NCBI RefSeq assembly: GCF_006345805.1
Contig: NC_043005.1
Location: forward strand, 74,648,001-74,712,000
DNA: 64,000 nt
Origin: Octopus sinensis
Lineage: Eukaryota
Reading direction: 5' to 3'
Below are positions 41,946 to 53,570 of this stretch, piece after piece. The notes below the pieces were generated by a model. The model was not told where the DNA came from. It saw nothing but the letters and a program-made list of their open reading frames with translations, and searched no databases. Every line of letters starts with the position of its first letter. Within the stretch, counting starts at the first letter, position 1. The translations under genes were made by a program, and so were the position numbers.

Positions 41946-44569
41946 ATATTTCTTCTGGCTCTTTACGTTCTGAGTTCAAATTCTGACGATGTTGGCTTTG
42001 CCTTTCATCCTTTCGGGGTTCGATGAAATAATTTACCCATTGAGTGTAATCAACTTTCCCCTTCTCTGCTGAGGTCGACTTTGCTTTTCACCATTTCGAA
42101 GTCGATAAAGTAAGTACCAGTTGAACCCTGGGGTCGATATAATCGACTTACTCCCTTCCCTGAAATTGCTGGCCTTGTATCAAAATATGAAATTAGTGTT
42201 AGGACTGTGAACTGGCAGAACTGTTAGCTCATCAGACAAAATGCTTAGCGACATTTCGTCCGTCTTTACGGTATGAGTTCAAATTTCGCTGAGGTCTCTT
42301 TTGCCTTTCATCCTTTCAGAGTCGATAAAATTTAGTAGCAGTTGAGTACTGGGGTGGGTGTGATCGACTTCCCCTCAAAATTGATGACATCGTGCCAAAA
42401 TTAGAAAGAAATGTTTGGCGGACTTTTGGAACGGCTACTGCTATCCAACGAAGGGAAGAAGCAAGGGATTGGGAAGTCAAAATATGAGAAGGGAATTTTT
42501 TGGAATAAATTTTCACATTCGTAATTCCAATTGCATGCTAAAATAAAATAAAAACTAAGTAAACAACCAGCCAATTCCTTACCCTTTTCCTTCTTCACGA
42601 AGTAGTGATAGCTATTCCGAAAGTTCGCCCTTTATTTTATCGATCGCGGAGGGATGAAAGGGAATTTGTCCTCAGCGCGATTTAAACTCAAGGTATTCCA
42701 TCTATGATCAGTATTTCCTCTAAGCCGTTGCGCTTGTGCGCGCACGTTTTACTTTAAAGAAAGGAAAAATGTGCACAAATAAGGTTTACAAGTTGAAATT
42801 TGATTTTTTTTTTCTTTTAGTTGAAGAAACTCGAGCATGGATACGCACATACTTTGCAGAAAAAGACTAAATTTGCACACAAGCACCACAACAAAAAACA
42901 GGGACCATCGCTCATGACTATTATGCAATGTTTTGTTGGCATACCTACACGAATGTGTCCTCCCACCAATTTTGTTTCCTCATAATGTTCAGAAAAATTA
43001 ATGTTTTCATGGAACTTTCTACAAATACTTCTCAGATGTAGATTACAGTTATATAGGAATTAACGTTTAAAAAACTTGGTGGGCGTGAACACATACATAC
43101 ATCAAAATCTTTTTCAAAATTATTTCAAGTTTCATTTTGCAGACATATAAGTGCTGTGTGTTGATGTGTATGTGTGCGCACCCACCAATTTCTTTTTTCT
43201 TTTATTTTTCACATCAAATTCCGATGTAATCGTAACCTACACCAAGACGAATTTATAGAAAATTTAATTTTAAAATAATCCAGAAAGTCGGTGTGGGGAC
43301 AAACTTGTTAGGTGTGCCGTTTTGTTTTGGGGGTATTTTTTAGGATCACTTTACCAAGTGTCTCTTTACATTTCTTTAATTCAGAAAGTAGGGCGTGATT
43401 TAAGGTGTTATTTTGACTGCTATTTTTAGCAGGTTGAGCCATTACATAACAGATCCCTCTCTTTTTTTTTATATATATATTTTAATGTCTAACTTACACG
43501 AAGTGAGCTTCTCCCAAAACTTTATAGGGATATTCTGTGTTCACTTCTATGACTAAGATAATGTTATTGAGAAAAAAGATGAGAATGAATGTCACACAAT
43601 CTTAATCTTCTACCTATGAATCTCATGCCTTGCTGCTAAGTTTAAAGAAAATTTATACAAAACCCATTCTATTTATAGCAACTTGTATTGTACATTTTAC
43701 ATGAGCCAACCATAGAGCCTCTACGCGGTCGTGCGACCTGTTAGAAATAGCAGCCAAATATCTCTTTTCTATTGTAACTCTAACATCATATACCGTAGAT
43801 TCATAAAATAGTTTCCTGTTTATTAAATATATATGTTCGTTAATTTTGATTCGTAATATCATCACAAAATATATATGTTCATTAATTTTGATTCCTAATA
43901 TTGTCACAAAATTTGTTGGAGCGTACAACTGATTAAATAAGTATTTAATTTATAAACCCCAGAGGAATATAATGTAAAATAGAGCCCAGATTTAAAGTAA
44001 CATATGAAAAAACATAGCATGGGGTATTTAATTTGAGGTTGAATAATTTTTGTTACCTAACTACGTAATTAAATGTTACGGTCCTTCCAAAAATTATGCT
44101 AATTATGAACCAAAAAATAAAATTTATATTTTCGGCTTCTGCAATACTTATTCAGTATCTTCTGTAAGTGCAGTTAACATCACTTTCATTTCTCATTTTC
44201 ACCCTTTTTTTCATCTCTATCATACGCTTATCTTTTTATTCTAATCTTAATTCCCCAATGTATTGTAATGTCCCCTCTATGTAAAACCTTTATGGTTAAT
44301 AATATAATAAAAAATCAGTATCTCCTCTAAGTATGGTTTTTATATTCAACATTGAAAGTATTTGATTCTTGCTTTGTAGAGAGATATTTAATGAAATATG
44401 CGAAAAAATTAGGAAAATGACGTTTGTAAAGTGTTATTGAGGGTGTCTCCACCGCTTCTCAGTTTAAGAGCTTCTTTTTTAAATGGTAATAAATTTTAGC
44501 CAACGCTTTTTGCGTTTAAAGAGTTAAAGCTGAATTAGTTTGTTATGGGTTATTGACTGTAATCTGTCA

Positions 44570-44700
44570 CTGCTTCTAGACGTAACGACCTTTTCAGACA
44601 TATATATATATCTCCGGCTGACGTTTACGAACTCATAAGTGAATGTGAGAATTACTCAGAAGCAATTCAAACTCTGGAGGGACTGTATGTGAAACCTTAT
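44570..44700 (+). mobile_element. Possible Gypsy-type gag fragment
   Basis: Translation ISPADVYELISECENYSEAIQTLEGLYVKP resembles N-terminal gag of invertebrate Gypsy elements (from memory). No LTRs found. Confidence 0.4.
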
Positions 44701-46922
44701 AATAAGCTTTTAAACTTTGATGTTTGAGTTTGGGTTTATAACAGGTACGATTTTAATACCTGCCTAGTTGTGAGTAACTGCCTTGAGAGACAAAGAAAGA
44801 CAAGGGAGTAAACTTAATCATCCAGAATAGAGCTACGATGGAAGTCTAGTCTTCGCTCGACAATCTCTAAGCAAATCTTGTAGCCACTTTGGATACAAGT
44901 ACCATTTTATTGTTCAGCTCTTCTTTGCAGATCAACAATGTTGAAAAGGAAATGCCTATGTCTGGACCACTCTGAATCTCTCTGCATTCGGCCCACTCGT
45001 TCGCTGGCGAGGTCACTTTTGTACACTGTGGAAAGCCGAGCAACAACACATCATTAACCCTTGGACATTGCTAGAGTCCTAAGACTTAAAGCCTGGTTTC
45101 CATTGAAACCAGAATTACAATTAGACTTATAGCTTGTTTTCTAAGTGACCTGAAGGGGTAGCAAGTCCGTTGCAGGATTACTCATTTACTGCCGAATGGA
45201 CTGGAGCAGCGTGAAATGAAATGTCTTGCACAAGAAGGCAACGCACCGCCCAGTCCGGGAATCGAAACCACGATTTTGCGATCGTGAGCGCAACACCCTA
45301 AGCACTGGGCCACGCGCGTACACAACTGTCGGCTTTGCCGCCACTCAAATTGTGAACGGCGCCATAACCCTCTTGAGATCGATGTATATCAAAAGAAAGA
45401 AGAAAAAGGGAAGTTTATTTTATTGAAAAGGTAATTTTCATTTATTATTACCGTCTGCATTTACCACACCAACTAAAGTGACCTGGCTCTAAATAACAAC
45501 AGTAATATTTCTGTATAAGTCTGGGCCGTTATTAATGAATGTTTATCCAGTTGCTAAGTACGAAATATCATCTCAGTAATATTTGTGCTTGGCCACCCGT
45601 AAACCTCAAAACCTCACACAAACAGAAGGAAGAAAATAAGATTTTGTTTAAACTTCTGTATACTCACTTATCTCCTAGGATATTAATTCACAACATTATC
45701 TCTTGAATAAAAAGAAGTGGAGAATTTTCTTTTGTTTATCTTGCCCCTAATAATTAATTTTTAACTTCCTCCCGTCGTTATTATAACAGAGTGTAACTTA
45801 TTTCTTACCACTCGACAAATTTTACACTTGTTTTGTGATAATGATGAAAGTGTGTGACCTAGTGGTTAGAGTGATCTTTCATAGCAATAGCATATCAAAT
45901 ATTGGTAAAACTGCATATCAAAGGTAGGATTTCTTTCTACTTAGAGTCAAAAACATACTTTGATTCTGATCAATTATCCACTAAATAGCAAAATCTCAGC
46001 CTTCATTAAAGTACTACTTATGTATTTGGGAAGCTCTTGTTACTCTACTTACAACATCCTGAAATGTGTCCAGACAATCTTGATAGTCAAAAATTCATAC
46101 ATCAGCTAATAACAGAAAGTTTCAATGAAACTGTTTCTTCCCGCCATTTGTTTTATTAATATTATATGACATGAAACCAGGGTTACAATAAATTATCTGT
46201 AATAACGGATTGCAATACCCCCTCACACACACATACAATATATTATTATTATTACTATATATTCCGCCGAAGTCGACTTAGCCTTTCATCTTATCGTAAT
46301 CAATAAAATAAGTACCAGCTGAGAAAAGGGTCAATGTTATCGACTAGTCCCCTACACCAGACTTGATGGCCTTATGCCAAAATTTGAAACCATCATTATT
46401 ATTATTGAGTGAGAGAGCAATGCATGTCATAAAAGTGACACTGGGGTACAAATATACGAAACCCAATATACCCATCATGGCTACCCGTCTGATACTGGTA
46501 CACCAGGCACATGCATCACAACCATATATGCGTAACATGGTAATCTCATCTCAAGATAAACACCGCATGACCTTGCAGGTGAAGCCCACTTAGACTTTTC
46601 TTCGGGTTAAGTAGCCTATCCCGCTCAAAAAACACCTGAATTAAGTTTGTTTAAGAACAATAAACGAAACACCTGGTGAATTATTCAAACCCCAAAGAAT
46701 CCCTCTCAACAAATGGCTGCATCATGATCAGAGTTGCACACATCGTCAGCCACTAGGAGACATACTCAAGTGGTTATGGTCAAACAACTGACAAGCAAAT
46801 CTGTTGTACTGAGCAGAATATTTGCTGTAGTCCAAAGACAAAGTACATGATAACGCATATATGGTTCTGATGCATGTGCCTGGTGTACCAGTATCAGACG
46901 GGTAGCCATGATAAGTATATTG

Positions 46923-48721
46923 GGATCTTTTCCTTTTGAACGGCACATGTCAACACAATTTCTAGTTAACTAAACACTTTAAAACTTCGTATACTGGTAG
47001 AATGTGTCAAAATAAAACATTTTTGGCATAGTTTCGGTTGTAGTAGCACAGATTTCCGTCGATTTCCGTAAAAAACTTTTATTTTTTTACATAAGTAATG
47101 AGAGCGAAAGAGACTAAGAGGAAGCGATTTTACGACGATAAGGTTTCACTTTGAAGTCGGCCTGTGTGCGTTTGATGGGGTGTGGGAGACAGACAGTATG
47201 TTGTGTAAGTGAAGTGCTTCTGTTAGTGTGTGTGAAGAGACAGAGAGAGTAATGTGTGAAAGAGAGAGATAACTGATTTTTTACTCGGTGTATGTGTATA
47301 TGTATGTATGCATGTATGTGTGTGTGTGTGTGTATGTATCTATGTATGTGTGTGTGTTTATGTATGTATGTATGTATGTATGGCCGATTCATCGTAATTT
47401 TTTACTCGGTGTATGTGAATATGTATGTCTGCATGTATGTGTGTGTGTGTAAGTACGTGTGTGTGTGTGTGTATATGTATGTATGTATGTATGGCCGATT
47501 CAGTGTTTACATTATTTCGAATTAAAACGAAAGATTACCTTGTGGCGCCTGTTTATGTAACAGTCTGCTATGTAGAAAATAATGAGTTGACTCAATGGAA
47601 TAATGACAGTGATCGAAGATATAGACAAAATTTTTTTTATTTAATCGTTATACATGCCTTGTCGACTGCTACTGTGCAGCCTTAATGTCTCTGTTGATGT
47701 GACGATGGTGAAATGGTAAGAAAAAGATGGGAGAGTTATAAAATGAGGAGATATTCTTCTCATGAGAAAAGAGTTGCATTCAAAGGAAAAAAAAAGTTAA
47801 TAGTCTATAGAGGTGCACAGAAACTGGGTGCAAGCATGCATATATATGCATGTGTAAACATTGTGTTGTGCAGCAAAAGGAACGAACAGTACAAAATGTG
47901 TAAGGAAAAGTGACAAAATCCGATTGGTAATGTTCTGTGTGAAAAGTCTATGCCGGCCATACATACATACATACATACATAAACACACACACATACATAG
48001 ATACATACACACACACACACACATACATGCATACATACATATACACATACACCGAGTAAAAAAATCAGTTATCTCTCTCTTTCACACATTACTCTCTCTG
48101 TCTCTTCGCACACACTAACAGAAGCACTTCACTTACACAACATACTGTCTGTCTCCCACACCCCATCAAACGCACACAGGCCGACTTCAAAGTGAAACCT
48201 TATCGTCGTAAAATCGCTTCCTCTTAGTCTCTTTCGACATTTTTTTCTCTTGGCTTTCTTGAGAAAATTGTAATTCGTTTGTTTAACGTAGTTTAATTTT
48301 TCGAATTTTAACCAATGAATCGCCTCTAGTGAGCTAAAATCATTTGCTGCGTCTAAAACTGAGACATCCTGTCACTAACCCTAAACCTCACCCTCACCCT
48401 AACCCTAAATTTTTTTTCTTAATTGTTATCCTTAAATTAATTTAACAATTAAGAAAAAAAGCGAAAAGCAAAAATTTAGGGTTAGGGTGAGGGTGTTGTC
48501 TCAGTTTTAGACGCAGCAAATGATTTTAGTTCAATTAGAGGCGATTCATTGGTTAAAATTCGAAAAATTAAACTACGTTAAACAAACGAATTACAATTTT
48601 CTCAAGAAAGCCAAGAGAAAAAAATGTTTTATTTTGACACATTCTACCAGTATACGAAGTTTTAAAGTGTTTAGTTAACTAGAAATTGTGTTGACATGTG
48701 CCGTTCAAAAGGAAAAAATCC
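46923..48721. mobile_element. 1.8-kb Merlin-type non-autonomous DNA transposon with internal inverted repeats
   Basis: ~100-bp TIRs starting GGAT. Exact 8-bp TSD GTATATTG at 46915-46922 and 48722-48729. Confidence 0.85.
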
Positions 48722-49447
48722 GTATATTGGGCTTCGTATATTTGTACCCCAGTGTCACTTTTATGACATGCATTGCTTTCTCACTCTATAATAGTAATAA
48801 TGGTTTCAAATTTTGGCATAAGGCTATCAAGTCTTCTGGTGTAGGAGACTAGTCGATAACATTGACCCTTTGCTCAGCTGGTACTTATTTTATCGCCTAC
48901 GATAAGATGAAAAGCTAAGTTGACTTTGGCGTAATATATAGTAATAATATAATGTATGAGTGTTAAGATCTGTAGCGTAGCTGATATCCTCACTGTTTGA
49001 GAGATATATTAGAAATGATCTCGTGTTAGATAACAACCATCTTCGGCTATTTGGACCTTGTTGTGTCCACTGCTCTGATTGGTTGACAGTGGCGCAGTTT
49101 GTCTCTTGTCTTATTTCGCGCCAGTGTGTAAGCCAACCAGGCTCAGTGCACTTATGTTCGGGGAGACGTTATGCTATCGGTTTGTTTGGTGAATTTTGAA
49201 AATACGGTTTTCGTTGTAAGGTTTGTTGGTTAAATTTTGATTGTTGAAGTTTGTTTGTCTGTTTGGGACGGATGAAGAAAATGGGTTTCCCCTCTTTAAG
49301 AGGAGGAAACGGAGAGAAGAATGTTTTCAAGTGAGTCTGACTTGTCAACCTCTGAGGAGGAGTTGGTAGAGGCAGTAGGAAGACTAGACATGGTTTTACA
49401 AGGAAAAACCTATGCAAGAGCGACAAAACCAACGAAAAAAGAAATAG

Positions 49448-49848
49448 GGATCTTTTCGGTTTGAACAGCAGTTTTTAACATAATTTCCATGTAACTAAAC
49501 ACTTTTAAACTTCGTATTTTGGTAGAATGTGTTTATAAAACATCTTTCTCTCTTGGCTTTATTTAGAAAATTGTATAGTTTGTAAGATATTTGTTGTTTT
49601 TCTTCTGCAATTTCAACCAACCAATGACGTCTATTGAGGTGAAAGCATTCTGTGCCGTATGAATATGTCCCTCGTTTAAGAAACGGATTGGGTTTATTTA
49701 CATTTGTGAAGAAAAAAAGATACCCTTCCCCCCGCCCCTAACCCTAAAACAGATTGAAATGCAATAGATTGATACTAGGGCCATAATTGTGGGTGACAAT
49801 TTCATATGACACCGCTAGAAAAAACTGCCGTTCGAACCGAAAAGGTCC
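49448..49848. mobile_element. Merlin-type MITE (GGATCTTTTC family)
   Basis: TIR GGATCTTTTCGGTTTGAAC / GTTCGAACCGAAAAGGTCC. Flanked by a ~130-bp direct duplication rather than an 8-bp TSD. Confidence 0.75.
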
Positions 49849-51033
49849 GAAGAATGTTTTCAAGTGAGTCTGACTTGTCAACTTCCGAGGAGAAGTTGGT
49901 AGAGGCAGTAGGAAGACTAGACAGGGTTTTACAAGGAAGAACCTATGCAGGAAACCAACGAAAAAAGAAATAGACCTGGCGAAGTTACCAGACGGCCAAG
50001 AAATGATTAAAAAAGTAGACAGTGACGCAGAGCTATAACTGCCAAAGGGAAAAAGGAACAGGATAGAAAAAAAAAATTACCTATAGAGTATTTGCGAATA
50101 AGAAAAGAACATTGGATTTGATACGTATGGAAACGGTGGAGGAAGCCCTCAAAACAATGTAGGAAGAGAAAATCTTCCTCACAAGAGGAAACAAGTATGG
50201 CACAGTGGTGGTGCAGTTTAAAAATGAAGAAACAGCAAGGAGAATGGCAGCAAGCACAGTGAGAACAGATAAAGTAACGCTTTTACCCGCTTATCTGGGG
50301 AGAAGAACTACAAGAATCAGGGTAGATGGAGTACCACCGGATTTTGATGGAGAATGGATAGTAGCAGCGATTATTGTTGAAAATGAGAAGGTTGAAATAG
50401 TTCAAGCATCTATAACCGAGGAAGGAGGATGGAGAGGAGGGACACTGGAAATAAGCGGACATGGAAGTTTTGGAAAATTTATCAGAAACAATTACGATGG
50501 GTGACATAACAATGAGAGTATGGGTGGAGGGCAGAGCCCTTCGATGCTTCAGATGTGGCCTGAAGGGCCCCATAAGAGCAAATTGCCCTACACCAGCGAA
50601 GGAACCAAATAAAGAAGCAGGAACACCGCAGGAGACAGCATAGGAAGAGAGGCAAGTGATAGAAGAGGAAGATGAAACAATGAGAATCCATGGGAAAGAG
50701 AAAAAAGCGAAAAAGGAAAAAGGCAAGTGACACTGAACCCCAACCCACCCCAGCACCACCCACACCCTTTATGGCCCACCCTTCCCCTGCAGACACCAAA
50801 CCGGTACTACTTGTGTAACCTTACTACGAACTGGTAAATTATACTCCATCTTGTCCCAAATACCCTGAGACTATGCTCTGTATTGTATTCTGTTTCACAT
50901 ACGCATACACCTTCTGTCGCACACACAGACACAAACACTTGTCGCAGGCACACAGACTTTGCTAGCACCCATACTTTATCCTATTGTACACTTCTGTAAA
51001 TAAAGTTTTCTTCTCTCTCAAACAGTAGAATGG

Positions 51034-51402
51034 GGTATTACTAGCGAACAGTGGTCCCGGTATGTGCATCCGCACTAGCTAGTCGTAAGTAGTCGATCCT
51101 AGATAATTTTTTAAACTAAGTAAATTATTTTTATAAACAAACTAAGGTTAGGGTTAAAAAATTAGGGCGAACCTTTGGTGTATGTACTGGTGTAAGTACC
51201 AGATACATTTCAAAAAAGTATTTTTTTTATATATGGGGTGGGAGAAAAGGGTTTCTGTTATCTTCAGAAATGTAAACAAAGTCACGTGTGTACCTATACC
51301 GAAGCATCGCCAAAATTAGGGTTAGGGTTAAAAAGTCGTAGGATCGACTCCTTACGACTAGCTAGCACGCGCGCATCGGGACCACTGTTCGCTAGCAGTA
51401 CC
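51034..51402. mobile_element. Second Merlin-type MITE family (TIR GGTAC/TT...CTAGCGAACAGTGGTCCCG)
   Basis: ~60-bp imperfect TIRs. 8-bp TSD TAGAATGG / TAGAACGG. Confidence 0.75.
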
Positions 51403-51667
51403 TAGAACGGTTTTGTTGTCCTCATTATTCCTTTTGGCACTTATTCTTTATACCATGTATTTTGGCTGGCTTCTTTTGTTAGGGCGACCGTACAGCGTTT
51501 TAAACGAGGCATTTCTGTCACCAACTCCTTACATACGGTCATTTTTCCCTACAGATCAAAAGCCATAACAACACACACATGCGTTCTTTGTTTTGTCCTA
51601 TACTGTACATAATGTTTTTCTAAATGTAAACCCTTGTGTTTAATAAAGAAATCATCATTTTTATTAT

Positions 51668-52017
51668 GAAAACCTCTCGGATAGTTCTTAATTACCGGTT
51701 ATTCTTTCCTTGAAAGCAGGCAACAGCAAATCACCAATGGTTTCGAGTAGTGCCTTCTCCTTAGAATGTGAGCTGTACCCAACAATGCTGTCTTCTGGAT
51801 CACCTTGAGCCTGACAACAACTCCAATATTCTTAATATGTCTTTCAAAGCCCTTGGAACTGCTCCTAATGCTCCAGTTATCACCGGTATCACCATTACTT
51901 TCCTATCTCATTCCACAGTGGATGGTATTTCTCAATCTTTTTGTTTCCTTACATTCCACCCTCAAATCACATGGTATTGCAACATGTATTATCTTTATTT
52001 CTTTTTCATTTCTATGG
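51668..52017 (-). mobile_element. 5'-truncated R4/Dong-like (RLE-type) non-LTR retrotransposon fragment
   Basis: Minus-strand translation HVAIPCD..., VIPVITGALGAVP.AL and IQKTALLGTAHIL matches the C-terminal restriction-like endonuclease region of R4-clade elements. Confidence 0.7.
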
Positions 52018-52033
52018 ATTATTATTATTATTA

Positions 52034-53343
52034 TTCTTTCTTCTTGAGAGAACGGACATGTCTAAAGCTGCGAAAGTTTATATATTTTTCGATATTTGTG
52101 TGGCCAAGCCAACTAACTTCTAGCGGAGCTAGTTGGCTCAGCAAAATTTTACCCTTAATGGGGTAAAATTTGCATTTTTGAACTTTGAAAATTGTTAAAT
52201 TTATACACATTATTTCAAAAAACAGGCTATGAAACGAACAGTCGGCTGAACGGTTCCAAACCGCCCATTTCGCGTCTTAAAAGGCAACAAAGAATCGTCA
52301 AATGAACCTGCCAGCATGTGCAGCGTTCAGAATGAAAATGCAAAACAGGACATCACTTTTAGCGTCATTGAGGATTTCCCTCCTCTTCCCTCCACCAATG
52401 CTCCGGTACCAGAGAGGGAGGAAGGGCAACCTATGAACAACACGACCAACAAAGACACCACCACCAGCAACAACACTGAACAACATCGTAACAATTTCGC
52501 CTCCGCTGCCAAGCAGGTCTTGGAGGAAATAAAAGTTACGATGCAGGAAATCAAAACGGCCAAATGTTTATTGAAAAAACAAGGCAACCAAATTTACCTC
52601 AATACACCACAAGAACTCATAAAATAGACAAACAGAAAAACAATAATTTACAAAATTTTCGAAAGAAAATACAGAAGAATAACTAACGCCACACCACAAC
52701 AACTGGAAATAGCTCTGAAGCCCATTTGGGGTCAAAAGACCTATGTAACCAAGGGGAAGCGGTTTGGAACTGTGGAGGTTCGTTTCCCAACAGAGGAGGA
52801 TGCAAGGAGGCATGCCTCTTCACCCTTGCAAACCTAAAGTTTGGTGGCAGCTGTCCTCTATGACATAGAGGACACTGCCACTATTCTGGATGTATGCAGA
52901 TTAAGGGAGAAGAACTGGTCAGGTATGGGAATACAGCTGCTGGCACAGATCCAGCAAGAAAATATAAATTCAATTCCCGATTCCATAAATTTGCTGGACG
53001 GCACCAGATTGCACGTTGCTGTAGAGGGGCGAAGGCCAAAGTGCTACCTCTGCAGCAGCGAAAGCCATCTGAAAAAAAGACTGCCCCATTTACAAGCAAA
53101 GAATGGAGGCAGAAAAAAAGAAACAGCAGCAGCAACAACAACAACAGCCGGAAACACCAAAATTTGCCACAACACCATCACCACCACCACGAAGAGCAAC
53201 ACCACCTCCAGCCACCACCAAACCAACACCAAGAAGGACCACGCAGAAGGAAGCACCAACAACTACAGCAACAGCACCATTTCCCACAAACAATAATGAT
53301 TTTTAACAAAGAATTAATTATTATTATTATTATTATTATTATT
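52034..53343 (+). mobile_element. Tx1/L1-like array unit 1: 5' UTR + decayed, internally deleted ORF1, no ORF2, (ATT)n tail
   Basis: Shared 5' UTR motifs. ORF1 remnants 52228-53296 with KCYLCSSESHL. Direct join to AACAAAGAATTAA(TTA)n. Confidence 0.85.
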
Positions 53344-53570
53344 TCTTCCAACGCTGATGGACGTGTATCCGGAGGCTCTGTGATTTTTGCACCAATTTCA
53401 TTGGAAATTTATTGATAAGTCTTAATATTTTTTAATATTTTTGTAGCCAAGCCGACTAGCTCTTTGCAGAGCTGGTTGGTTAGGCAAAATTTTGCCCCAT
53501 TCGGGGTGAAATTACGTTTTGAAATTTTGAACATTTGAACATTTAAACATTTTGAAAATTACAAAAAAAC

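Larger units (their letters stand above)
49143..51667 (+). mobile_element. Divergent ORF1-only Tx1/L1-like relic (unit 0), interrupted by two MITEs
   Basis: GTVVVQFKNEETARR..LLPAYLGRRTTRIRVDGVP..W..A and VEGRALRCFRCGLKGP....CP are homologous to the ORF1 downstream. No ORF2 trace. 3' end CCCTTGTG..AATAAAGAAAT at ~51632-51655. Boundaries approximate. Confidence 0.65.

Noticed and set aside
47114-48118. ORFs of MCVCV/HTHTH type here and elsewhere, and antisense ORFs over the LINE units
   Set aside because: These are translations of (CA)n/(TA)n microsatellites or shadows of the real ORFs.
48380-51335. Telomeric TTAGGG/CCCTAA repeats
   Set aside because: Only 1-3 degenerate units occur, all inside Merlin-type MITEs (48385-48410, 49737, 51145, 51317). 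This is not evidence of a chromosome end.
53344-53570. Self-cleaving ribozyme (HDV-like or hammerhead) in the LINE 5' UTR
   Set aside because: I could not fit the HDV nested double pseudoknot or the hammerhead CUGANGA/GAAA core consistently across the five copies. Only two hairpins are supported, so it remains untested.
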